64,000 bases of DNA from Raillietiella orientalis (taxonomy: Eukaryota). Below, piece by piece: positions 37,701-51,649 of this stretch. Every line of letters begins with the position of its first letter. The stretch's first letter is position 1. The notes beneath the pieces were generated by a model. That model had not been told where the DNA came from, made no database searches, and worked only from the letters and a program-made list of their open reading frames with translations. The translations under genes were made by a program, and so were the position numbers. The stretch lies in assembly GCA_036172245.1 (NCBI GenBank), contig JAYWIR010000034.1:1426001-1490000 (forward strand), given 5' to 3'.

Positions 37701-40700
37701 GGGAGTAGTCGGAGTCCGCAGCTTATCTTGTGCATGCGCGCTCGCCGCCCCTCACCACGCCCGGTCGCTTCCCTTCCTTCCCAATGACGAGAGAAGGGAG
37801 GATCTATCTTACGCGCCTGTCCGAAGGGATTCGCGAAGCGGACCGCTCCCCCACTCTACGGGAAGAAACGGATCTCCCTCCTCCGAGAATTTATGGTCCG
37901 CTCCTCCAAAGGTCCGTGTCGTTAAACCTCCCCTCTCTTCCCCGAAAGGACCGTTTATTGTCCTCCCCTCCTCCTCCACTTTACGACGTTCCGGCGATCG
38001 TCTTTCCTTCCTGCTTTGCTCCCGCTTTATTGATCGCTTGTTTGCCCTCTTGTTTACACGCTCTTCGGCAAGCGCCCGAGTGCCCCGGCCGAGCGCAGGA
38101 ATCCTCGGGTCGCCGCCGCCGCCGCCTCATGAAACGTCGCCTCCGCCCTTATCAGGTCCGGCAATCGCGTGCAGCAGCCTCCACCGCTTCCAGCTGCCAG
38201 GACCCTGCCGAGACCACACACGGCTGCTGCCACAGAGCGGCTGTCCCGTTTGACGGATCCGGAGCCGGCCCTGGACGACGAGCAGCCTCGACAACAAGAA
38301 CAGCGTGCTCTTCTTTCGGTAAACATTCTCCTCCACAGAATCCCTCTCTCCATCTCCTCCTTTCTTCCTACCCTGACCCATCCTGCTCCTTCCCATGTCG
38401 ATTGCCCTCTCTCCTTGGAACGGCGCCGGGAAGTCTTCCTAATCAATGGCCGGGAAAACAGCAAAATAGGAACGGAAGGAGGCGACGTGGACGTTTCTGC
38501 TTTCCCGGTTCTTTTTGAATGACGCTGCAGCCTTACCAAACTTCGTGCAACAGAAGCACAGAATTGGGACATCTCGGCAATAGATCCTTTCAAGGCGATC
38601 CGAAAGGAAAGGGATGAGGATCCGAAAGAGACGAGGTGCAAAAGGAGACTCAAATTCTTCCCTTGGGAACGGCGACGTTTTCTCTGGAAGAAACTCCTCC
38701 CCTCCTCCTCCATTTCGCCATTTTTTTCGCCATTTCCTTTTTTCCTCCTCTCTCTATTCCCTACCTCTTCTTCCTCCCAAAGATACGCCTTCCTCTTCAG
38801 CAAAAATAGGGAAGCCACGAGTTCCTGACCGCTGCCTCCGCGGGACGCCCATTTACCAAATCACCCTCTCCCACTCTCCTTTCCCGACCATCGAGAGACG
38901 CGCGGCGTTCTCGGAATGCCCCTCTGCCGTGGAGTGCTCTTCCGGCAAGCTTTCCAGCTCGAGCCTGCAGCGGTGCAGCACGCGTCGACCGCCTAGTGTG
39001 AGCCCTCCCATTTCTCCGGCAACACGACGAGATCGAAAACCCCTCTACCCCGTTAATCCGTTCCGAAACGCCTTCTTGAGAGGATTCCTGTGTTGTGCAG
39101 CTTTCCCTGAGCGAGTCCATATCGTGGCCGATATACAGACGACCTTCTCGGCGTCCACGACTGAGCCACTTTCCCTGTTGAGGAGGGAGGAGAGGACGGT
39201 ACGAAGGAGCGAAGGTATCCCTCTGTACCGTCCGTAAAGAAAGCCATCCTTCCGCCACTCAGCCCTCGTCGAACATTAGGATAGGTGCAGAGTATTGTTC
39301 GTCCGCAGCAAGGATGGGTCGTTCCCTCTGAAGTGAAGGGAATGCCTATATCCCGACTGGACTGTCATCCTGCCCAAATAGCCTCTGGCAACGCCCCCGT
39401 TCTGGACCAGAACTGGGTGTTGGCTGCAGGGTCCCCGACCTCTTCCTCCGTGCCAGCAACGAGAGGCTCGAGGCGTCCTGGAAACACTGGAACTCCAAAT
39501 AAGTCCAGGAAAGAGTGGTCACCTACCCCGTCCCTTTGGTTACAGTTTCGAAGGGACACTGGGCCTATTGCCTCAAGGAAATTTTTCTCCGCCCTCGGTG
39601 TTCTTCATTTTGCGAATCGAAGGATTCGGTCCGCCTCCTCCGTGGCAACTGGGAGATACCATACCACTTCCGGGGTCCCGGCGACTATGACGTCAACAAC
39701 GGGAATTTCCCAATAGAACCGTCGTAATTGCGGCGCATCATTCGACTCCGCCGATTAACGAACCTTCTGCGGGATGGGGAAGGGAGCCTGCCTGTGGACT
39801 AGGAGGCATCAGGAAAGCAGCTGGCGGGGGAGGGGGACATCGCACAAGGTGAGGCTTTTCACCACAGCGCTTATAGTAGGGACAATGGAATCCACACCTA
39901 CCTTGGTAGAGCGGGGACCTGGAGAGTCTTCCGCTTCTGGAGCCTGCTCGAACCGCAAGCTCTGAGGAAGAGGGGGGGTGGGGAAAGGAAGGGAGTTAGG
40001 AGGAGCACGAAGCTTTTTTTTTCTTTGCACGCGTTTTTTGCCTTTCTGGGGAGCGGGGAAGAGGGGAGTCCTCCAACGTCCGGGATCACTCCGGCCGAAA
40101 TTCTGTCCGTCTAGCATAGGCGGTGATGCCCAAGCTTGACCGGAGACGACGGCGCTCTCGGCAAGGGAAGGGAAGACAGAGAGAGAGAGCATCGCCCCAG
40201 ACAGAGATGAGGGGCTTCAGAGCCTGGCTCGAGTATTCTGCCGGCCGGAAGGCATCCCCCCCCCCCTGCCCCCCATGCAGGGAAGAGGAAGAGATGACCT
40301 ATTCCTTTTCGGAGGAATAATCAGACTCATTAGAGGCTTCTCTGTTTTGGTTCGGGGGACGACAATGGGCCATGATTTGCCCCTCATCCTCGTCGCCCGT
40401 GCGTCTCTCGGGAGCCTGGTGTAAATCCCTTCTAAGGCCTGGGTCTTCCTCCACGGGACAATGCGACGCAGATTGCGCGTAACCCGACCGATCCAGCAAT
40501 GCTCTTAATTGAGGCGCAGTCTCCGCGCCGGAAAACGGGTGCTCTTATTTGGCCCTTTGTTACCAGGTAATCACGTCGCTAAGGGATGAGGGGGTCCCTG
40601 CCCATTGTTCGTCGAGGAATTCCTGCCGTTTCGTTTTGTTTTTTCTCTCCTTCGACCCCTCCCCCTCCTTACCTTCTCTCCATTCCTGGATCACTTGTTT

Positions 40701-43700
40701 CGAAATGATGGCGGAATGATTTCAGGAAGGTCTCTTGCACCGCCTCTTGGAAAGCACCTGCTCCCTGCAAGCACTCTGGAATGCGGGTCTTCTATCCATG
40801 CTCTCCCTTCCTTCTCCTTGCTTCCCTACATTGCCGGAAGGCGGTGGAAAAGCTCGGTGTGGCTGAGTAGACCTTCATCCGGGATCTGATCTGTCGATCT
40901 GTCGGATGTAACGTGGAAGCCTGTTTTCTGTAAAAAGCGGAAAGACTGTAGGAGTCAGGAGCTGAATTCCAGAGCTCAGGGGAGTGTTCAGAACCAGTCC
41001 TTTCGCTAGGGAGGCTGCCGACGGAAGCAGGACGGCTGACCTGAAATTTCTGAAAGAGATGCCTGGATTGGCGGGATGGGAGAGAGGAACCGCGTCTCTG
41101 TGGCACGGGGAAACGCTGCGACGGTGGTCCCCAGCTGCTACTACTGCGTTCCTGACCGGATGAGAGGCTATACCTAGAATGGAGGCTTGTGTGTTCCCGA
41201 GACAGGAACACAATCCTCCGCTTGTCGCCAAAGGGAAAGGGTAGGAAGAGGAAGTGAGTGCTTCCTCTTCGGTGAGAGAGCTAGAACAGTCGGTGGACTG
41301 CAGAAGGAGCACCCAAAGACCGCCAGGAGGAAGGCGCCCCTTCAGTGCTCGCTCTCCTTCCACAGAACAGGACTTCATCCCTCTGGAGGGAACGAGGTGA
41401 TATGCGTGTGTGTTTCTCCTTTTTCTTGCAGCGCTGCGTCTCTTCCAGAGCAGCTTTAGAAGAAGCAGTGAGTGAGGGAGAGAGGAGATTGCTGAATTTC
41501 ACGAAGATTCGAAGCCACCATTTCGGCTCTGAAAAGGGAGTGGAGTGTTGACGGCTACGTCCCGGGATATGGGGAAATTCCTCTTTTCCCTTCTTGCCTG
41601 ATCGCACAGGGATCCTGAGCTCCTCTCATTCCCTTCTCTCCTGCCCCCCATCTCTGCCCCTTTCATCTCCAGAAACCCCTAACAGATGCATTTGATTCCC
41701 TGCTTTGTCCTGCTCGCCGAGCTGAATTTTCTGCCGGAGATCCACTCTCATCCCTCGCTCCTCCCCCACTCCACTCCTTCGCTTTGGTAAACAGAGGAAC
41801 TTCGGGGGGAAGGAGAAAGTCAAACCCCGAGAATCTGGGCAGAGTGAGAGAGAGCTAGTGCCGGGGACGCAGAAAAGACGCGCTCTTGACCTGGCCCCGC
41901 CTCTGTTTTCACTTCATTTTTTTCCTTCCGTTTCCAGGTGAGTTTTGTCGCAGTATCCGTCACCCTCCTCCCCTTCCTACCACCGGACCCGATCTAGAAC
42001 GAGATGATCCTCAGGACTCACTCGCGTCTCAACGGCATTGTTCTCCGATGAAAGGTCGCGCCGCGGAGGGAGGTCATCGACCTCTCAGACTGCTAAATTG
42101 ACTCGGAGGGAGGGGAGAGAAGAGATGCGCGCTCGACAAACGGAAGGACCACACGCACCACGAACCACCCTGAGGAATCTTCTCCCACGGAAGGGCCGGT
42201 ACGTTCTACCTCTACAGAGGAAGCGAGGAGCAAAAAAGGAAGGGAGGGGTAGGGTGCAGAGCTCCTGACGTCTCCTGTTTTTTGCTTTCCTTGCACTCTT
42301 CTGCCGGAACAACGCGAGGGGGAAAGAGGGGGAAGGATAGGCGGAAAAAGGCAGCTCCTCACAGCCGTGGATTCACCCCGTCAGTGAATCCCGCTTCGCC
42401 CCCTGGCTTCGTGGTGCCAAGCGATCATCGTTGCGAGCCTGAGAGCACCTAGAGAGGATGATGGGAGCTAAGTGAAGCAGCGGGAGGAAAAGGGAAGCAG
42501 CAGCAACAGCAGACACTCGAGGCGAAAAAATTTAGCTCGTCCCCCTCCCTCTCCCCCCATTCTCCTGGTCTGCCGCAGAAGGGGCTAATTCTATAAGTGA
42601 TAGTTCCCTCGCTACCTGCCCCTCGAATTAGCATTCCTCATGCTCCGCGCGCCCGACCTGCCCCCCGCTGCAGCTGCGTGCGCCGGCGGCTTTCGAGTCT
42701 TTCTCGGGGAATCTCCCAGTCTCTCACCAGGGCGAAGTCCTCCAGCCGAAGAGCGCGGGCCACCTCTTGGGAGAGTCTGTCTGCATTCTCCCAAAGGAGA
42801 ATATCGGACTCCCCTACCAGCAACTCTGGAAGTGGTAGAAAAGGAGGAGAGAGCCGATCCGCCTGCCGCATCCTCCTTGCTGTTGTTCTGGAGAGGAATT
42901 TACTGTTTCCTTAGAGCAGTCCCAGGTCTGGATGAGCTCCTTACGGGAAGCTTCTCTCCTCTGTCACAAGTGCGCGACAGGCCCTAGGGTAAGGAACTGC
43001 GGAGCGAGCGCTCGCGCGTGACTGGAGCCCAGAGATGAAGAGAAAACCTGTAGGCCAGCCTTCTCCGTCTGTCTTCTCCCTTCCTTCTTCCGCTGCCACG
43101 GAAACGGTAGATCGACAGATGAAGAAAAGCAGACAGGGGACCGTGTGTGAGCTCCTATCGAATCCCGTCCGTAAACGCCTCTTCCCACTTTCCCCTCCCC
43201 TCCCTCCCCCCTTTTTTGCCATCTCGGGAACGCAGCAAGCAGCACTCAGAACCGTACGCGTCCCGGAAGTGGGCCCCGTACCATGCGAGAGAGCAGCGAA
43301 AGTCCCCGGGATGGAAGCAGGCCGAGAAGTGGGGAGTCTGTCCTCACTGCTTCCACCTTTCCTGTGCTGTCCGGACCGTTCGCACGCGATCGACTAGCGG
43401 CTTCTCAGTTCCGTTCTCTAAAGATTCGTCCCGGGAAGCCCTGGACAAGAAGGGGCCTCGCCGGCAGATGTTCCTGGTGCCTGGTGACCGGCATCTGGGC
43501 TACGATGCGAAACTCTATCCGCTCTCGTTCTTCCTTCTGCAGCTCGCTCGGGCAGCTGATCCTGTCAAACGGGCTCCGGGAAGAATCCTGCGGGTCCCCA
43601 CCTCCGGAACGTCCAGCGTCCCGAAAAACATTGCGCTGCAGGAAGGAGCAACACGAGAAGCGCGCACAAGGGTGGACCAGGAGAAAAGAGGGGACACGCA

Positions 43701-46656
43701 CACATCGCTCCTTGCATCCACGCCGCTTCCTCAGAGGAAAGGAAATGGACTCCTGAAAGCGGAATGTCGTGGGAAGAGGAGGGGGCGCGCGCCGTCCACA
43801 CTGCAAACTGTGGCACGAAAAGAGCTCAAAAGAAAGCATTGCGGCACCCCAGGGATCCCTTCACGTTTCCGGAGGTTCAGTCGGTCGCCTGGTCTGCGCG
43901 CCCACTCGCATCCCCTATCGACCCACTCGAGCCTCTCTGTGCTCCTGTTGGTTTGCGCGTGCACATCGGCACAGAAAGGAGCCGGAACACGGACGAGAAA
44001 AGTGGGGAGTTCTCCTCCTTTAGGACGTCCCTGTTTGCAGCTCCCTCTCTGCCTCGACCTGGTCTTAAGCGGTCTTCTTGCGCTCAACCGTCCCGTGCCT
44101 CCCCAAGGGACGCGGGTGGGCTGGTGTGTCTAGCTAAGCCCTCGCTTCTCAGCACTGGACCCAGGTGGGAAGGGAAGCATGATATCAGAAGCAGTCTCTC
44201 ACCGGTGCTGCCTACTGAGAGCGGTCCCTCCAAAGAGGCGCCTAGAAGCGACCCACAGTCGCCAGGAGATTCCCCGCGTTCTTTCCCTGGGCAACCCAGG
44301 AGAACGCTGCCACGCGCTACCTCGCTGCTTGCCTTTTCCTCCTCTCCTTTTCTCATGCCCACTCCTAACTCTTTCTCAGAATTCCACAATCGCAGGGAAA
44401 CAGAAAAGCGAACGCAGCATTCGAGGCTCCTCACCCGCAGTTGTGGTTCTCCTGGGAGGCCCCTCAGGAGGTCGCCGACGTACCCATACAGAGGAGGGAA
44501 TGAAGGTGCTACCTTATTTTTTTTTTATAAGGTGCTACCTTATTGCCTCGCTTGTCGAAGCGCCTCCCATTCCCCGCCCCCATCCTTATCGTTTTGCTTA
44601 CTTGGAGTCGCCGGACTCCATCGGCAGATGTCGTCCAGTGTCCCCTCTCTCCACTCTAGTCGCTTCCAGTGCTGCTACTGGAGCTCCTTTCCCGTCGTCC
44701 CCGGATCAGGGAACAGGAGGAAGTGGCTGCTGCCCTTGGGATGTGCACAGATCACTCATGTCTTACCCCTCTACCCCTTTCTTCTCGGCTTTAGCCGACG
44801 CCGTTTGACTTTCCTGAATCTCCAGTTTCCTCCCTCCCAGGGAATGCAGCCTCCTCCTCTTCCCCCTCTGGTCTCCGAAAACGAGGGTGCAACCCTTTGG
44901 ATAGAGATGCATCCCCTCCGCATCGAGCCCCTCAGTAGGGGGGGCACCTCATCCACGAGAAGAATGAAGAACAGCTCCGAAGATCTTCAGGAGCGTGTTG
45001 CCTAAATGGTTTGGAATCCTTCCGGACTGATCTTTCCTCCACCGTGTTTCCTTCTCCCTCCTGTATTCTTTCCCCCAGAATCCCAAATGAGGGCATGGGA
45101 ATGCATGCTTGAGAATGCGACGTCCAGATGGTGAGGAAGCGCAGTTTCGTGTCATTCGTGAAGAGCGAAAGCAACCCCGCGTTCCAGAAGCGGCAGCAAT
45201 CCCACGTAGACTTGCTCCCGTTCCTTGTGGATGCAGCTATTGCCCTTCCTCTCCTCCACCTCCACTTTCTGAATTGCAGAATTCTCGAAGTAGCTGGCTG
45301 CATGTCCCGGAACACGCGCAAGGGAGAGGCAGGGCTCACTACATCCCCTCTTTCTCCTGAGTTCGCCCAATCTGCACCTCTGGTGCCTCTTTCCTGTTTT
45401 CTTCCTCTTCCTCTTTAGGGAAGGAGGAAGCAAAAAGGAAGCATCATCTCCTGTGCTGCCAAACCACGTTGGCAAACGAAAAGGAAGGGGGTGAGAAGGA
45501 AGACGTAGAACAGAGGAAGGCTGAACAGCAGGCAGGGACGATACGCCGAGTTTCTCCTGCACTCCTACATCCCACAGCGGTCATCCCGAACCCTTCGAAA
45601 GCAACCTATACGATGCGCGTCCCGTGCCCGTGGAAGCCTCGGGGAAGGGGAAGGAGGAGAGAGGGAAAAGATGCTGCTGAGTCCTCGTATCCTTTGTCTG
45701 TACTGCCTTTTCTCTCCGTCGCCTTGCTTCCCCCTCGCTGCTTCCAGCTTGCAAGGGTGCTCTTCCTGCAAGCCCGGGGGAGTGCCGGACCATACTCATT
45801 CGCTATTCTCCACCCTTTCGATGCCAGAAGGACATCTCAAAATCCTCTTCCTTCTCGCCTCCTGAGGAAAGGATATATCTGGAAAGCTGCCGTTGGGTGC
45901 ACCAGGTGCTGTGAGTTTCCGAAGAGTAAAGCGTGCTCATGCCACCTTCAGCGGATTCCACGGGAAAGGAGACTGCAGCTCCCAGAAAGTCCAACTGCCT
46001 GGAGTGAAGGGCCAGGAAGGAAGCAGAGCGCGCGCGACTCCTTCCGTCGGAAACTCTGTGTTCCCACCCCTCTTGCCGTATGAAGCCGCATCTGGTTTCC
46101 TTTCTCGCGCTCGGTTTCCCAGCAACCGGTGGCGTATGTTGCACTCTGATTGCGGACGTTGGCTCTACGCCACTTAAATAGAGCAATCTTGGAGGAGCGC
46201 TCGAGCTGTCCTCGACGACTGGGTTCTCATCCGAAGCGCAATCAGAAATCTTCTCTCCCCATCCCCCCGTTTCCCGATTCACCGACAAGGACGACCTTCG
46301 GTATCAGATCTTTGTTGATTCTTCCTGTTTCTTCTCTGTCTGTCGACTTCGGCCGCCATCCTCATCGTTCCCCTAACAGGGGTCAGCCAGCTTGGAGCAC
46401 TGTTCCTTCTTCTCTTCTTCCTCTTCGTTCACTCTCCTTCCACTTCCCTCCTTTTGTTGAGTGTCCTCGCATCCTCGAGAACATGAGGAATGCTCTGGAA
46501 TGAAATCCTCTGAGAACTCTCGAGGAAGTAGATTCGCGCCGTTTACTCACCTCCTTCCTCTCTCCTCTTCCTTCCTCGACTCTCCAGTCTTACCCAGTTG
46601 AGGGGGACTTCTCAAAGGGTCTCAGAGGATACCAGTCAGCCAACCCCCGCAGCCAA

Positions 46657-47120
46657 GCACGCGTACGTTGATCCGTACACGTCCCTTCATCGAATCGTGT
46701 GCACAGATGAATACTGTATCTGAATATGTGTACACATGTATGTGAGCGAAGAACATGCAGTCTGTACATTGCGTAGGAGCACGTCCTCTTAATAGCTGTC
46801 CAATTATATGTATAATGATGTATGTGTACTATGGACGTGCGCATATACTCAAGTACGTCTGCACATCCATGCAAACTCATGCATACACATACGTGCAAGA
46901 GAATATACACACAAGTATGTAAACCACTATGTGTGTGCACATACGTACGTAGTTTCAACGTAAATGTGTGTATTCATTTATCTGTACACACAGATGGATG
47001 CATGTGAACATAACGGAAACACAAGTACGTACATTGGTCTCCCCACCACCCCACACATTGCCGTATCTGTGCGAACACAAGTTTACACAAGAGTACTTGT
47101 GTGTATGTTCGTTTGCACGG
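46657..47120. repeat. Degenerate purine-pyrimidine alternating (CA/TA/TG) low-complexity block
   Basis: Abrupt shift to AT-richer sequence such as ATGTGTACACATGTATGTG and CATGCATACACATACGTG, with ACACAAG recurring four times between ~46909 and 47091. Confidence 0.75.
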
Positions 47121-50100
47121 ATTTCATCGGTAGTTAGCTTTCCCGTTATTGAGGAAAGACACGCTGCAGGGTGTGGCCATACCACGCACACGGCCCGCGC
47201 CAGTCGCTCGGAGACCGCACGCGTGCCATACCGCCGCTGCTCGCCACGATGCCCACGCCTCCGGACCTACGCACCGAACTAAGCCTTCCCTCGAAGGGAG
47301 GTCATCGAGGGCTCGACCCTCAGTCACTTCCTGCTTCTGTTGTCTTAGTGTAGTCAATCTCTGGATCCGACCCCGAGAATTTGCGGGAAAAAAAAAGGGG
47401 CAACTTAGTCCTAGGCTCTTTCTAGAGGGAAGATGCGTTGGGATGAACTGAACAGGAGAGAAGAGTAAAGAGAGGAGCGGCCCGGAACAAGAACTGACCC
47501 TGTACACCAGGAGATGGAGGAAGAATCTTTATTCTTTAGAAGCGGCCAGCTGCTCCTCCCGCTGATGACGCCCCGAATTTCCTCGGGTCAAGACATTTTC
47601 ATTTTTGAGGGCGCGCATTCGAGGCAATGCTGAGGCAAGGGAGAGTCTAGAGGACTCCGGACCGCTCGCCAATCTTCCCCAAAAGTTCCTGGAAAGTTGC
47701 ACACGATCTCATCGGCGCATCGCACTACCCAGCGGCGGAGTGGCATTTCCCGACCGAGCCCTAGTCTTGATGCGCCTTTCCTGCAAGCGTTAGTCTTCGA
47801 CCACTATGTAGTCCGCGGGATTCGCGCCGCTGGCTGCTTGGGGAGAGACAGACTATCTGGACTCTGGAGAGCCATCTGCCCTTCCCCCTTCTCCTTCCAA
47901 TTCCAGACTCCCACGCGCCTTCGAGCTCGCGTCCTACTCTCTCGCGAACTGCCCTTTTCCCCCTTCGCTTCCCCCAATGCCTCCTGCCGGTATCCAGAGG
48001 GAGGCGATGGGGATAGGTGGACAGACGACGAGAACAGGGAGGTCTGCTTGGTCGACGTTGTGTCTAGAAAATGCTACCCTGTGCCTCAGGAGACTGCTTC
48101 CGTTGCAAGGCAGCAGACAGAGGCCCTCAGCGCGCAGACCAGCCATTCCTGAGGGCGCGCTCGAGCGGGCCGCGGCGCGGCGGGTGAAGGGGACGAGAGG
48201 GAAGGAGCATGGCCCTCCCCCCTCCTCCTCCTTCCTTCCCGTTTTTTTCGCTTTTTTCCCACCACTCCCTTCCTTTCCTTCTCTTCCTCTCCTCCTGCTG
48301 TTTCTCTCTCCCTTTTCCTTTTTTCTCCTTCCTGCAACAGCAGACAGAACCCTGGAGTGCGTCGCTCCTAACGACTGCGTGTCTTGCGCGCCGGGAACGC
48401 TCCTTTGTCGCTGCCATCGCTCGGCAGCTGAATTCGCATCCTTTTGTTTGGAGAGAGCCGTGGGCTGCAGCGGTGATGCACCGCGGCGTTGATTTACGGC
48501 GCTGTTGTCCTCTGTTTCCTAGACAACCCTCCCTCGCGTTGCTCCTCCCTCCCCCTGCCTCTGCTCTCTCTCTCGAGCGTGCGCGGGCAGGTCTCCACGA
48601 CTCCCATGCTGGGCCGAGAGGAGGGCGCGACCGACCGACTGCAGCAGCATCCTGCAGCCGAAGTTGCTCTTGGGGGAAGGGGGAAGGAGAGGGGATCAGC
48701 GAGAGGTGGTCCGCTGAGGATGCCTAACGCAGGGACGGGGTATGTAGACGTCCCTTCCCTGAGGGACCTCGAGGAGGAAGAGGGAGGAAAATTGAGAGCG
48801 ATCCGAGAAGGGGAGAGGCAGAAGAGATCAAGGAGATGGGAATCTTGGGATAACCCCGTCTGCTCCCATCAGGAAGGGTGGAGAAGGATCTCTCGAAGAT
48901 CTCCTCTCATCCAACAGGGTGGAGGGAAGGCAACCCTCCTAGCCTGCATTCCGGACTCTCAGGCGCGAGAGAAGCAGGGAAACATGCAACCAGGGTTGGT
49001 CATCTCCTCTTCCATTGAGTCCCCAACCGTCCCTCTTCTTCCTTTCCTTCTTTCCTTTCTATTCTTCCTCCTTTGTCTCTCCTTTCCCCTCGGCTCCTGA
49101 GCCGAGTCCCCGGAGCGCGCCGGAGCGAAGCACCTGCGGCTTTCTCCGGAATCCCGGAAGTCGCGAGCACTCAAATGGAAGGATCGAGTCAATGAAGGTT
49201 CCCTGAAAGAACCTTACAGGATCCTCCATCGCCACCTTCTAGGAAGGAGACACCCACTCCCCGCACGGGGTCAAAGCAGGCAGTGCGGGTTCGCGGACTC
49301 CCTACTCATCTCCCCACCTTATTCCACTCCTGCACCCCTTGCTCTTGGGGTGGGCTGCCCCCCTCCCCTCTACCCAACGAGGGAAGGAAGAGGATAGAGG
49401 TTTTCTGTGCCCTTTTCTCTCCTACCCGGTTGTTCCCGGATGCTGAGCAAAGGGAGAAGAAATAATTCCCGGAAATTTCCGTTTTTTCTGCCCTTTCACC
49501 GTGGCTGTCTCCTTGAGGGGAACTTGAGGAGGACGGCGAAGAGAAAGGAAGGAAGGGAGCAGCGGGTTTGCATGGATATCGACCGGGTCTACTCATGGGT
49601 GGATGGCAGGAGGTGCGCGTGATTCCCGCCTTCCGCTTTCCCAGAGCACTCACCTTCCCCAAATCTGGGGCGCGAATCCTTCCGTCCCTTCGCCCTTTTG
49701 CTCGCCTGGACTGACTGCTCGTACTGCTAGGGGACGGCATCTGGGAGCATTACGCGCGCAATGGCGCGCAAGCACCGGAAGGGAGAAAAAGGCATCTCTA
49801 GACTCCCCTCCCCTCCTACCCCCTCGCCCAAGGCCCGATACCCAGGCAACTGCCTCATTCTCCTGGAATTCCGTCCTTGGAGAGGAAACGCTTTCCCCCT
49901 TTCCGGACTCCTCCACCCTTCCTGGATCCCCCTGAGGGTTCCTTCCGAAATCGGGATACTCGCGATACCGCGGGGGGAGGAGGTCAAAGGGGAAAGGAGG
50001 CATCCCGCGGAGACTTCCCGGAGCGTGCGCGCGCACTTGTGAGCCCTGCCAGCTGTTCGCCAGGAGTAAGGCACCCTACGTCCTCCCTGTAGGACTTCCA

Positions 50101-51649
50101 GGCGGGCGGGAGGACAGTAGAGGATGCGCGTGTCTCTACCCCTTCCCCATTCCGCCCCTCAAGTAGGCTGGAACGCTCCTCACTGGGACACACCTCGCCC
50201 AAGAAAGGAGACAGGGTCGTCTTGGGCAGGCGCCATCTGCCAAAAGGATAATGAGGAAGGAAGAAAAGGGAAGAAAAAGGTGGTGGGGCAGGGTGGAGGA
50301 TACCGGAAGTTTCCAAAGCACGGATGGAGGTGGTGCGCACTACTGCCCCTCAAGTGCAGCGGGAGGGAGGTCAAAAAGGGTCCCGCTGCGGCAGAAGAAA
50401 GGCTCTGTGTGTAATCCTTCCCTCCTTGTGGCGAGAGGGGAAGGGAAGCATCGCGCTCTGGCTGACCCTGCCTCCGTCAGATTCGGGGCGAAGTTACGGG
50501 AGAGGTGAGGGGGAGGGGCTGCCTCCCTCGCAGCGATCGATTTTCGTGAAAACACGCTTAGGGGAGAGGGCCCCATCTACTGCATCGCGGACGTCGGGAA
50601 TGACAGCGATGACAAAAATGCGGCGAAACGGTCTCTGTTTCTCTTCGCTGTCTCCAGGGACCAAAACAAAGCGAAAGGGGAAAAACAGCCCGCGTGCGAG
50701 TTTGTGTAAGCGAGGGCAAGCATGGGGGTGGGGTGGCCATCGCCTGCGAGATGATTCCACCCAAGTCCTTTCAGGACAGTGGTCTCACGCCATCCCGAAG
50801 GAACCTCACGCTGAGGCGCTTCGCCAAGTGGGATGGGGTGGGAGCGGAGGGAACCTCTCCTGTTCCTCACCGCTTCACTCCCATTCACCCGATCCCCCGC
50901 TTCCCTTCTTCGAACCCTATGGCTACTTCGCGCCCTCGAGCGGGACGACGTTCGAGCAGAAGAGAAGCGGCACGAAGGGCCCCCCAGGGGGGAGCACACA
51001 CCACAACCCGCGTGCCCCGTGGAGTTCGCGCGCGTTTGAACAGCGCTGCGGCGGTCCTCTCCACCGGGCCACACCGCCGCCACCGCACGCGCTCGCCTAC
51101 TGCTCCGACGCAGCCGTGGGGAAGAGCATTGCGGCCCGCGCCGCGTGAAAGTAGTGCCTCCTCCTCTCGTCTGCGCATGTGCGTTCTCGAACCGTCGCTC
51201 CCCGTGCGGCCGCGAAGCGGCGAGCCGTGTGAAGAGAAGCGGGAAGCGAGGGAGACGAGGACGGCGTGCGTCTCTCTCTCTCTCCCCCCCCCCCTCCCGC
51301 CGAATGAGCATACGGGGCATCCCGGAGCTTCCGCGCCACATCGCAAGCCCTTTGCGTACTTCTCTCACTTTTCGTCTCCAGACGCCACTGCTTCTGGAGA
51401 AGCCCTGGCGCAATGAGAGGAGAAGTGCTGCGAGTGATGGCAGGAGGGGGTAATCGCCTATGACCTGAGAGAAAGTAGGCACGCTAGCCGGCTGGTGGCG
51501 CTAATCGCGAACTTCCTCTTGTCCGCGCGCACCACGGGAGAGGAGCACACGGCCCGTGAGGAGGACGGAGGGAGAGCGGAGCCTCCCGCGAGCCGCGGCG
51601 GAGACGCGTCAGCAAGCAGCAGAGGCGGCGAATGCGGCGGCCGGGCGCG

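Noticed and set aside
43147..45005. Long overlapping ORFs of 328 and 413 aa
   Set aside because: S/P/R/L-rich with no recognisable domain, and several frames are open at once, as expected in GC-rich DNA. A homology search would be needed to exclude them fully.
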